Program-made: the position numbers and the translations under genes | In this document: positions 56,574 to 64,000 of the stretch, one piece after another | Position numbering within the stretch: position 1 is the stretch's first letter | How the letters are laid out: each line of letters opens with the position of its first letter | Assembly (NCBI GenBank): GCA_001029755.1 | Contig: CP011214.1 | Span: 493,767 to 557,766, forward strand | Direction: 5' to 3' | DNA from: Candidatus Woesebacteria bacterium GW2011_GWF1_31_35 | Lineage (GTDB): Bacteria; Patescibacteriota; Microgenomatia; UBA8517 | DNA: 64,000 bases | Notes under the pieces: model-generated | Told to the model about the DNA's origin: nothing | The model's database searches: none | What the model saw: only the letters and a program-made list of their open reading frames with translations

Positions 56574-57287
56574 ATGTTAGAACCAAAAATAATATTTGAT
56601 GATCCTGATTTTTTTGTTGTTGAAAAACCTACTGGTTGGATTTCAAATGAGGCAGGAACAACTACAAATCAGCCGGTACTACAAACTTGGATAAAGAAAA
56701 ATTTTAAGTATCCATTAAATGGAAATTTAGAGGCAAGAGATGGATTGGTCCATAGACTTGATAAAGAAACATCAGGACTTATTTTGATTGCCAAGAAAAA
56801 AGAGACATTTGAAGCCCTACAAGGTCAATTTAAGGATAGGTTGGTATCAAAAACGTACATGGCTTTAGTTCATGGTAGAGTAGATCGTTTAGAAGGGGAA
56901 ATTAAAGAAACCGTTGGAAGGTTACCATGGAGAAAAGATAGATTTGGAATTGTTCCTGGTGGAAGAGAAGCTGAAACCCACTATAAAGTTATTGGATATT
57001 ATGAAAACAAAATTAATAAATTTACTCTTTTAGAATTAACTCCAAAAACAGGTAGAACACATCAGATTAGGATTCACCTTAAACATATTGGGCATCCAAT
57101 TGTTGCTGATGATTTTTACGCCGGTAGAAAAACTTCTCGGAGTGATAGAAAATGGTGTTCTAGATTGTTTTTGCATGCTGGGGGAATTACCTTTTTACAT
57201 CCCAAGGAAGGAGAAAAAATAAGTTTTGAATCTAATCTTCCTTCTGACCTTCGTGAAACACTAGAAAAATTAGTGAAATTAGCCTAG
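56574..57287 (+). CDS. RluA-family pseudouridine synthase
   Basis: HRLDKETSGLILIAKKK catalytic Asp motif. Confidence 0.8.
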   Translation: MLEPKIIFDDPDFFVVEKPTGWISNEAGTTTNQPVLQTWIKKNFKYPLNGNLEARDGLVHRLDKETSGLILIAKKKETFEALQGQFKDRLVSKTYMALVHGRVDRLEGEIKETVGRLPWRKDRFGIVPGGREAETHYKVIGYYENKINKFTLLELTPKTGRTHQIRIHLKHIGHPIVADDFYAGRKTSRSDRKWCSRLFLHAGGITFLHPKEGEKISFESNLPSDLRETLEKLVKLA

Positions 57288-57300
57288 TATTAATGTTAGT

Positions 57301-58974
57301 ATGGTTATTTCTTTCACACTTGCTCTTTTTATCGTTTTGTCATCAGCTTTAATGGGGGGGTATATCGCCAAGAGACTTAAATTTCAGCCAATTATTGGAT
57401 ATATTCTAGCAGGAGTAATAACTAGCGCAATTTTTCCAATTTCAGGCCTTGGAATTGAGAAGTTAGCAGAAATTGGAGGAATTTTACTTTTATTTTCAAT
57501 AGGTTTAGAGCTTTCAGTAAATAAATTTAAGAACATTCTAAAAAAGATTCTAATAGCTTCAGTTTTGCAAATGTTACTAGTTACAGTGTTTTTATTTTTT
57601 GTTTTAAGATTGTTTGGATTTAGTAATATCTCATCTTTTGTCTTAGCTATTGGCTTTTCTCTTTCTTCAACAGCTGTAGTAGTTAAGACACTTTTTGATA
57701 GAGGAGAGTCAGAAACGATTCATGGAAAGTTAATGATTGGTTGGCTATTAGTACAAGATTTAGCAGTTATTCCAATCATGGTAATTTTACCAATTTTGGC
57801 TAGCAATCAAGAATCTGTAATAGTTTTAGGTGGAATTGCAATATTAAAGGCAATTTTTCTAATTGTTGTATCAATTGTATTAGGTAAACATGTAGTACCT
57901 TTTTTTGTTCATAAAATAACGATTTTAAATTCTAGAGAGTTATTAGTATTAACATCAATTGCTCTTGCTGTAGGAACTGCTGTTGGAGTTTCTTTCTTTG
58001 GTATTTCAGCAACACTTGGCGCATTTATTGCTGGTTTTGTAATTTCTGAGTCTCAAGAAAACCATACTATTTTTGCAGAGGTAAGACCTTTAAGAGATCT
58101 TTTTGTTGCACTTTTCTTTGTAACTCTAGGTTTTTTTGTAAGTTTTCCTGTTATTATTTCTCACCTTGGAGTGATACTTGTTTTGGCAATAATTGTTATT
58201 TTACTAAAGTTTATTGTTGTTTCTCTAATTAATTATTTATTAAAGTTTAGTGGTAAAACAATGATTATTTCTGCAATAGGTTTAGCTCAAGTAGGAGAGT
58301 TTTCTTTTATTATATTTTCAACTGCAGCAGTATTAAAATTAATTCCTTCCGAAATTGCTTCAATCGGTATTGCTGTAAGTTTAGTAACTTTAATATTAAC
58401 CCCATTTATATATAAAAAGGCCTTACCTTTATGGAAATTATTAAGATCAAAATTTAAAGTATTTTCTTCTCTTGAAAGAAATCCAAAAGAAATAATTGAT
58501 TTTTCTGATCATATTATAATTTGTGGTTATGGCAGAGTAGGGGGTTGGATTGGTAGGGCATTACAAGATAAAGGAATTAAATTTGTGGTTATTGATTATA
58601 ATCAAGAAATTGTAAATTCTTGTTTGAAAAAAGGAATAAGTGCAATTTATGGTGATCCTGTTGAAAAAGAAGTTTTACAAATGGCAAATATAACTTCTGC
58701 CAAGGCAATTGTAATCGCGATTCCTGATAGACTCTCTCATGAATCTATTATTGCTCATGTTGAAACTTTGTCTCCTAATGTAAAAATTATTTCAAGGGTT
58801 CATCTCGATGAAGACTATGAGAAGTTTAGATCATTAAGGGTTGATAGAATTGTTCAACCTGAATTTGAAGCAGCTGTTGCGATTACTAGAAATATATTAA
58901 TTTCGATGGGTAAAGAAAAAGATGAAATTCAAAGATCAATTAAAAGTCTAAGACTATCACATGCGAAGATATAA
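57301..58974 (+). CDS. Monovalent cation:proton antiporter (CPA2/Kef-type) with C-terminal RCK/TrkA-N domain
   Basis: 12-TM CPA2 core followed by an IIICGYGRVGGWIGRAL Rossmann (RCK) domain. Confidence 0.8.
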   Translation: MVISFTLALFIVLSSALMGGYIAKRLKFQPIIGYILAGVITSAIFPISGLGIEKLAEIGGILLLFSIGLELSVNKFKNILKKILIASVLQMLLVTVFLFFVLRLFGFSNISSFVLAIGFSLSSTAVVVKTLFDRGESETIHGKLMIGWLLVQDLAVIPIMVILPILASNQESVIVLGGIAILKAIFLIVVSIVLGKHVVPFFVHKITILNSRELLVLTSIALAVGTAVGVSFFGISATLGAFIAGFVISESQENHTIFAEVRPLRDLFVALFFVTLGFFVSFPVIISHLGVILVLAIIVILLKFIVVSLINYLLKFSGKTMIISAIGLAQVGEFSFIIFSTAAVLKLIPSEIASIGIAVSLVTLILTPFIYKKALPLWKLLRSKFKVFSSLERNPKEIIDFSDHIIICGYGRVGGWIGRALQDKGIKFVVIDYNQEIVNSCLKKGISAIYGDPVEKEVLQMANITSAKAIVIAIPDRLSHESIIAHVETLSPNVKIISRVHLDEDYEKFRSLRVDRIVQPEFEAAVAITRNILISMGKEKDEIQRSIKSLRLSHAKI

Positions 58975-59812
58975 AAGAATTAAAAACAAAAAGAGTAGAG
59001 AATTAAGAATAAAAAAGATTAGAGGTTTTATTTATTTATTTTTAATTTTATTAATTTTAATTATAGCTTTTGTTTTAATTAAGATTACTAGCTTAAAAAA
59101 ATTTATTTATGTAAATAATGTTGATAGTAATGCTGAGATAACAGTAGTTGATCCTCAAAAACTTAAAATAATTAAGATTTTAATTCCTGAAAATACTCAA
59201 ATTAATTCTTCAAGAGGTTTTGGTGTGTATAAGATTTCAAGTCTCTGGAAATTGGGAGAAAAAGAAGGTTTAAAGGGAAAATTAGTAACCGAGTCTGTTA
59301 GAAGAGACTTTTTGATTCCTCTTTATTTATGGAAAGATGGAGACAAAACAAATTTAAATTTTTGGCAGAGAATTAAAATTTATCTTCTGGATAAAGGATT
59401 TTCAAATTATTATGTTAATAATATAAATTTAATAGATAATAGAGTTTTAAAATTAAAAAAATTTACTGATGGAACAGATGGTTACATTATTTCTTCGAAA
59501 ATTCCTGAATCAATTTTGATTAATTTTGTAGAAGACTATATGACCGAAACGGTTTCCAAAATTGAAATAGAGGATTTAACAGGAAATTCCATGACTGTTG
59601 AAAATATTTCAAAAATACTTGGAGTAATGGGAGGAAAAATTATTTCATATTCTAAAGGATTTGATAAAGATTTTGATTGCGAAGTAATTGGGAAAGATAA
59701 AATTCTGGTCGGTGTGGTTTCAAAAAATTTCGATTGTAAGGTAAGTATTGACACTAAACTATCAGTTGATCTCAAAATCAGACTGGGAGGAAGATTCGTC
59801 GATAGATTCTGA
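58961..59812 (+). CDS. Hypothetical membrane-anchored extracellular protein
   Basis: Basic N-terminus, one TM segment, 283 aa. Confidence 0.4.
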   Translation: MRRYKRIKNKKSRELRIKKIRGFIYLFLILLILIIAFVLIKITSLKKFIYVNNVDSNAEITVVDPQKLKIIKILIPENTQINSSRGFGVYKISSLWKLGEKEGLKGKLVTESVRRDFLIPLYLWKDGDKTNLNFWQRIKIYLLDKGFSNYYVNNINLIDNRVLKLKKFTDGTDGYIISSKIPESILINFVEDYMTETVSKIEIEDLTGNSMTVENISKILGVMGGKIISYSKGFDKDFDCEVIGKDKILVGVVSKNFDCKVSIDTKLSVDLKIRLGGRFVDRF

Positions 59813-60424
59813 TTTTTCTAATGGAAAAGACATACAATTTTCAAATTCTTTTCCTTTTTTTACTTCTTTAATAAAGACTTTTATGTTAGATGAACAAACT
59901 GATTTAATAAACACTTTATAGGAATTTCCCCCCTTAACTAATAGACGAATGCGAGCTGATATGTCGTCAGGAAGTCTACCAACATAAGTATCATCTAAAG
60001 TAGTTATAGTAGCTCTGTGGGAATGTGTTAATAATTTCACTTCGTCTCCTGAATATAGTTTAGAAATATTTTTAGGTGAGCCTAGGTTAATTAAGTTAGT
60101 TAATTTGGTTTTACCAACTTCTTCTAAAAAAACGGAGGCATCTATATTTTGTTCGCTTCCTGAATCAACGTTAGTTTTAAATCTTTTATATTTTTCAATT
60201 GATTTTTCAGCAATCTTGTTTGAAGGCTCAATTTTAAGAACTTTTTTAGATACACCTTTAGCTTTTGTGATTTCACCCGTTTCAAGATAAGCTCTTGCAA
60301 GACGGTTTAACGCTTCTGTGTCAGATCCATCTTCTTTAATAATTAATTTATTTATTTTGATGGCTTCTTTCCATTGACATCTTAAAGCTAGATTAATTGC
60401 TTTACGGGTCAGATTTTCTTCCAT
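59762..60424 (-). CDS. TPR-repeat protein
   Basis: N-terminal TPR-like helices (LNRLARAYLETGEITKAKGVSKKVLKIEP). Confidence 0.45.
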   Translation of the reverse strand: MEENLTRKAINLALRCQWKEAIKINKLIIKEDGSDTEALNRLARAYLETGEITKAKGVSKKVLKIEPSNKIAEKSIEKYKRFKTNVDSGSEQNIDASVFLEEVGKTKLTNLINLGSPKNISKLYSGDEVKLLTHSHRATITTLDDTYVGRLPDDISARIRLLVKGGNSYKVFIKSVCSSNIKVFIKEVKKGKEFENCMSFPLEKSESIDESSSQSDFEIN

Positions 60425-60527
60425 ATTTTTTAATTTTAATAAGTAATTTTTCTATTCTATATAAAAAATTTTTCTTTTTAAAGTATAGAGATGGGAAAGA
60501 AGTTGTCAATATAGTATAATTGCCTTT

Positions 60528-61238
60528 ATGTCAGGACATTCTCATTTTGCGACTATAAAAAGACAAAAAGAAACAAAAGATGCGGCAAAAGGAAATCTTT
60601 TTGGAAAACTTTCGAAAACTATTTCAATAGCGATAAAATCGGGTGGGGGAGCCAATCCTGACACAAACTTCAAATTAAGAGTCGCAATTGATAAAGCTAA
60701 AGAATTTAATATGCCTAAAGATAATATTGATAGGATATTAAAATCTGCTATGGAAAAAATGGACAATATAGAAGAAATAACATATGAAGGGTTTGGACCA
60801 TGTGGAGTTGGAGTTTTGGTTGAAACTGTAACTGATAATAAAAATAGAACTGCGCAGGAATTTAAAAATATTTTTGAAAAATCAGGGGGAAGTATGGCTG
60901 GCCCAGGAGCAGTATCTTATAATTTTGAGAACAAAGGATTTTTACTAGTACAGAAAAAAGGTGATGTTGAAAATCAGATATTAACCTTAATTGATATTGG
61001 GATAGAGGATTGCGAAGAAAGAGAAGATGGCTTGGAAGTTTTTGTTCATCCTGACCATTTAAAAGAGACTAAAGAGAAGATAGAAGCAGCAGGATTTGTT
61101 ATATTAAGTACAGAACTTAGGATGGAAGCTAAGACTTATTTAGAAGTAACAAATGATGATCAAATTGCAAAAATTACAAATTTTCTTGAGGAATTAGAAG
61201 AACATGACGATGTGCAAAAGGTATATTCTAATTTTTAA
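60528..61238 (+). CDS. yebC: YebC/PmpR-family transcriptional regulator
   Basis: MSGHSHFATIKRQKE...KLRVAIDKAK. Confidence 0.85.
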   Translation: MSGHSHFATIKRQKETKDAAKGNLFGKLSKTISIAIKSGGGANPDTNFKLRVAIDKAKEFNMPKDNIDRILKSAMEKMDNIEEITYEGFGPCGVGVLVETVTDNKNRTAQEFKNIFEKSGGSMAGPGAVSYNFENKGFLLVQKKGDVENQILTLIDIGIEDCEEREDGLEVFVHPDHLKETKEKIEAAGFVILSTELRMEAKTYLEVTNDDQIAKITNFLEELEEHDDVQKVYSNF

Positions 61239-61241
61239 ATT

Positions 61242-62012
61242 ATGTCTAAACGCTTGCGTTTTTTAATTTCTTCTCTGGTTCTGTCTGTCGGATTTATAAT
61301 TATTCAATTTTTGGAAGGATCGTTAAAATTTCCTGCAATTGGAATTTTAGTTCTATTAACAGGAGCTTTATCAGTTTGGTCTTTCTTTGAGGGTTTGGGT
61401 AAAAATATGACTTGGATTTCATTAATACTTCCAATGATGTTTACCTTAAGTGTAGGTATTTTTTGGTTTTTACTTCCAGCAAGCATATATACTCGCATAC
61501 CAATAGTTATTTTTTATTCATTGGGTATTTATGTTCTGTCAACAACAATGAATATTTATACTGTTTCATCTCTTAGAACAATTGCACTTCTTCGTGCTGC
61601 GCGCGGAGTAGGCTTTGTCTTAACCTTAGTTACATCCTTTTTAATCTTTGATGCAATTCTTTCTATAAGACAAAATATTTTAATTACAATTTCTTTAGTT
61701 TTAGTGTCCTCGTTTTTACTGTTTTTACAAGGCTTTTGGTCTATTAACCTTGAGAAAGAATTTGATAAAGATGTTTTTCAAATGGCAACAATTTCTTCTT
61801 TAATCATGGCTGAACTTTCAACCTTAATTTACTTCTGGCCTGTAACTGTTGTTGTAGGTTCACTTTTCTTAACTAGCGGGGGATATCTCTTGCTAGGGTT
61901 AGGACAAGCAAAACTTGAAGAAAGACTTTTCTCTGCAACCATTAAAGAGTATTTAACCGTAGGATTAATTGTTTTAATTGGAATGTTTTTTGCCACCCGT
62001 TGGGGGGGATAG
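61242..62012 (+). CDS. Hypothetical integral membrane protein
   Basis: About eight TM segments. Confidence 0.45.
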   Translation: MSKRLRFLISSLVLSVGFIIIQFLEGSLKFPAIGILVLLTGALSVWSFFEGLGKNMTWISLILPMMFTLSVGIFWFLLPASIYTRIPIVIFYSLGIYVLSTTMNIYTVSSLRTIALLRAARGVGFVLTLVTSFLIFDAILSIRQNILITISLVLVSSFLLFLQGFWSINLEKEFDKDVFQMATISSLIMAELSTLIYFWPVTVVVGSLFLTSGGYLLLGLGQAKLEERLFSATIKEYLTVGLIVLIGMFFATRWGG

Positions 62013-62105
62013 GGAAGTAGGTAAGAAGTACCCCATAATTATAGGTTATGTTTTCACGAGGCAGGGAAGAGTTTTCACGAAATAAACCCGAATGATATAG
62101 TTTGA

Positions 62106-62114
62106 TGTGGATAA
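62106..62114. promoter_or_regulatory. DnaA-box consensus 9-mer (TGTGGATAA = reverse complement of TTATCCACA) between short direct repeats
   Basis: Perfect 9-mer. It lies between the TTTTCACGA pair (62051, 62072) and the ATAAACCCGAA pair (62082, 62126) in a 1-kb ORF-free AT-rich region. Confidence 0.25.
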
Positions 62115-62996
62115 CTTATTGCGACATAAACCCGAAAAGTACTATTCAATAATAACTTAAGGGAGGTGTTACTCTAACTAATTAGCTAATCTGTATCTTA
62201 TGTCTTTATTAGATCTTATAAGTAATGTTCTCTGAAAAATAGTACTACCATTCAAAATTTATTAACTGAGTATAATAAACCTTACACTCGGTTTCAATAA
62301 TGAAAGAGGACAGTGTAAGTAATAATTTTAATAAAATCATCTAGACTTGTTAACTTATATTTCCACTTCATTATTTAAAGATATTCTCTTCTTTTTATTA
62401 AACTCATTAACTTTTTTAACCGAAATTATTCCATATAAAAACATTTTATTAATCTTCAACAATTTGTTAAAAAGTAAAATATATGCAAATTGCTGTTTAG
62501 CCCGATAATATGGGATTTAACATAGATGATTAACTACCCGTCTTTTGTTCCAGACAGGTCTTAAAATCGATTTGGTGAGGTCACATTTATGCTTATATTT
62601 TTTAAGTATTTCTTAAATATTATTTACATTTTTACTATTATTTTTTTATAATTTAATTATTAATGTTCATATATAAATATAAAATGAGATTTAAATTAAA
62701 TTAATACTAATAAACAATTTACTATAAATTTTTTACAAATATTTATTATGAGAATTTAGTCTAAATTTTAATTTAGGAAAATTTTAATACTATAGGAAAT
62801 AATGAGATTTTGGTAAAATTATCTACCCCTACTCCCCCATTTTCCCTTTAACTCGTGAAAATTTTACCTTTTTATAAATTGTCATATTGTTACAACATGA
62901 CTGAAGGGACTCCTTGTGGGTGGTGGGTAGATCAATCGGGTTCAAATTTGAAAGTAATTTGACTGATTTACGATAAAACATTAAACTGAGTATAAT

Positions 62997-63959
62997 ATGA
63001 AGAACTTTGTTCAACTACCTCATTTTGATGATTATCTTTTGTATATTAAAACTCAAAATTATTCAGATGAAACTGTCTATAACTATGAAAGAGATTTAGA
63101 GACATTTAGAAATTTTTTAGATTCTGGCCTCTCCTCCCCTACCCAATTTAATAAAATAAATAAACAAGTAATTAATGAATATAAAGCTTATTTATCATCA
63201 TCAGATAGAGTTACTTCTAAAAATAAGTTTAAGAGTGTTAAAAAATTATCTTCTTATAGCTTAAATAGAATACTTTCAAGTTTAAGATCATATACCAAAT
63301 ATTTAATAGAAATGGACTTTGAGTCACCAATTTCACCCAATTCAGTAAAATTAGTTAAAACTGAAAAAAAACATTCTAAGGTTGCAGAATTTGATCAATT
63401 AGTTAATTTAATCGAATCGCCAGAGCGTTTAGAAAAAAGTCCAATAATTGGCCTTAGAAATAGAGTAATGCTTGAAGTATTATTCTCAACTGGTATGCGT
63501 ATTTCTGAACTTTGTAATTTAAAAAGAGTTGATATAGATGGTAGTGGAAAAATTTTTATAATGGGTAAAGGTAAAAAAGAAAGGTTTGTTTATTTAACAC
63601 CTAGAGCGGTAGATTTATTAGATAGTTATTTAAAAATAAGAACTGATAGTTTGGAAAATTTATTTATTCCACTACGAGGTCCAAATAGTAAAAAAAATGA
63701 CAAGAAAATTTCAACAAACTATTTGCAGGCTAAAATAAAGGAATATAGACAAAAATTAAGAATAAATGTTCCAACATCAGCCCATTCATTAAGGCACGGG
63801 TTTGCAACTTATTTAGCAGAACAGGGTGCTTCAGCTACAGCCATACAATTTCTTTTGGGTCATGAGTCTTTAAACACAACCACTCGTTATTTGCACGCAT
63901 CAGACAAATTTGCTGAAGAGACTCACAGAAAGTATCATCCACTTAAGGATAAAAAATGA
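62997..63959 (+). CDS. Tyrosine site-specific recombinase, XerC/XerD-like
   Basis: C-terminal R..HxxR..Y catalytic pattern (LRHGFATYL, LLGHESLNTTTRYLH) and an N-terminal SAM-like core-binding domain; 320 aa. Confidence 0.8.
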   Translation: MKNFVQLPHFDDYLLYIKTQNYSDETVYNYERDLETFRNFLDSGLSSPTQFNKINKQVINEYKAYLSSSDRVTSKNKFKSVKKLSSYSLNRILSSLRSYTKYLIEMDFESPISPNSVKLVKTEKKHSKVAEFDQLVNLIESPERLEKSPIIGLRNRVMLEVLFSTGMRISELCNLKRVDIDGSGKIFIMGKGKKERFVYLTPRAVDLLDSYLKIRTDSLENLFIPLRGPNSKKNDKKISTNYLQAKIKEYRQKLRINVPTSAHSLRHGFATYLAEQGASATAIQFLLGHESLNTTTRYLHASDKFAEETHRKYHPLKDKK

Positions 63960-64000
63960 ATTATTCAATTGAATATATTTTAAATAATATAGTTTTTACT

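Noticed and set aside
56520-56575. AGTAAAGTAAAGTAAAA microrepeat considered as a CRISPR or tandem repeat
   Set aside because: It is only about 3 short units with no spacers and no cas genes; a trivial low-complexity intergenic sequence.
62829-63014. 61-aa minus-strand ORF at the xer upstream region
   Set aside because: It lies in an extremely AT-rich sequence, overlaps the xer start, and has no features.

Overview
This is a visibly AT-rich, gene-dense bacterial chromosomal segment that uses the standard code, since TGA terminates clear genes. Genes are compact, often overlap (ATGA junctions), and encode minimal versions of core proteins: a 150-aa EF-Ts, a 404-aa ProRS, a 289-aa HisRS-like core, and an RF1 lacking domain 1. 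My inference is a streamlined Patescibacteria/CPR-like genome.

The backbone is housekeeping:
- Division and envelope: mreB, PBP2, topA, dprA, fmt/def, rpmB.
- A thymidylate/one-carbon supercluster: dCMP deaminase, a P-loop kinase, MazG, folA, thyA, tmk, glyA, folD, and a cyclodeaminase.
- Translation and replication: rpsB-tsf-frr, rseP, proS, ybeY, dnaX-ybaB-recR, cysS.
- Further core genes: rpsF-ssb-rpsR, ctpA, rpmE, efp, rluA, yebC, and dnaB interrupted by a LAGLIDADG intein.
- Four tRNA-type genes on the minus strand: Tyr-GTA, Thr-TGT and Leu-CAA.

The accessory content is concentrated at about 31.5-42.0 kb. A radical-SAM / GHMP sugar kinase / cupin cassette on the minus strand is bracketed by two copies of a ~55-nt direct repeat. 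Rightwards lies a block of unknown proteins with an XRE repressor and an extra signal peptidase I. The block ends in an Xis-like HTH ORF, missed by the ORF track, that is coupled to a large serine recombinase. The recombinase reading frame runs 59 nt into the start of ychF. I interpret this as an integrated mobile element carrying a candidate novel cargo module.

Other unexplained signals:
- A GC-rich, highly structured segment next to the tRNA pair at 0.9-1.1 kb.
- A ~450-nt noncoding GC-shifted stretch with TTGATA iteron-like repeats and an intrinsic terminator inside the island.
- A ~1-kb ORF-free AT-rich region with short direct repeats and a DnaA-box 9-mer upstream of a Xer-like recombinase.
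- Two consensus sigma70-like promoters that abut ATG codons (leaderless).

No CRISPR array or rRNA gene is present.
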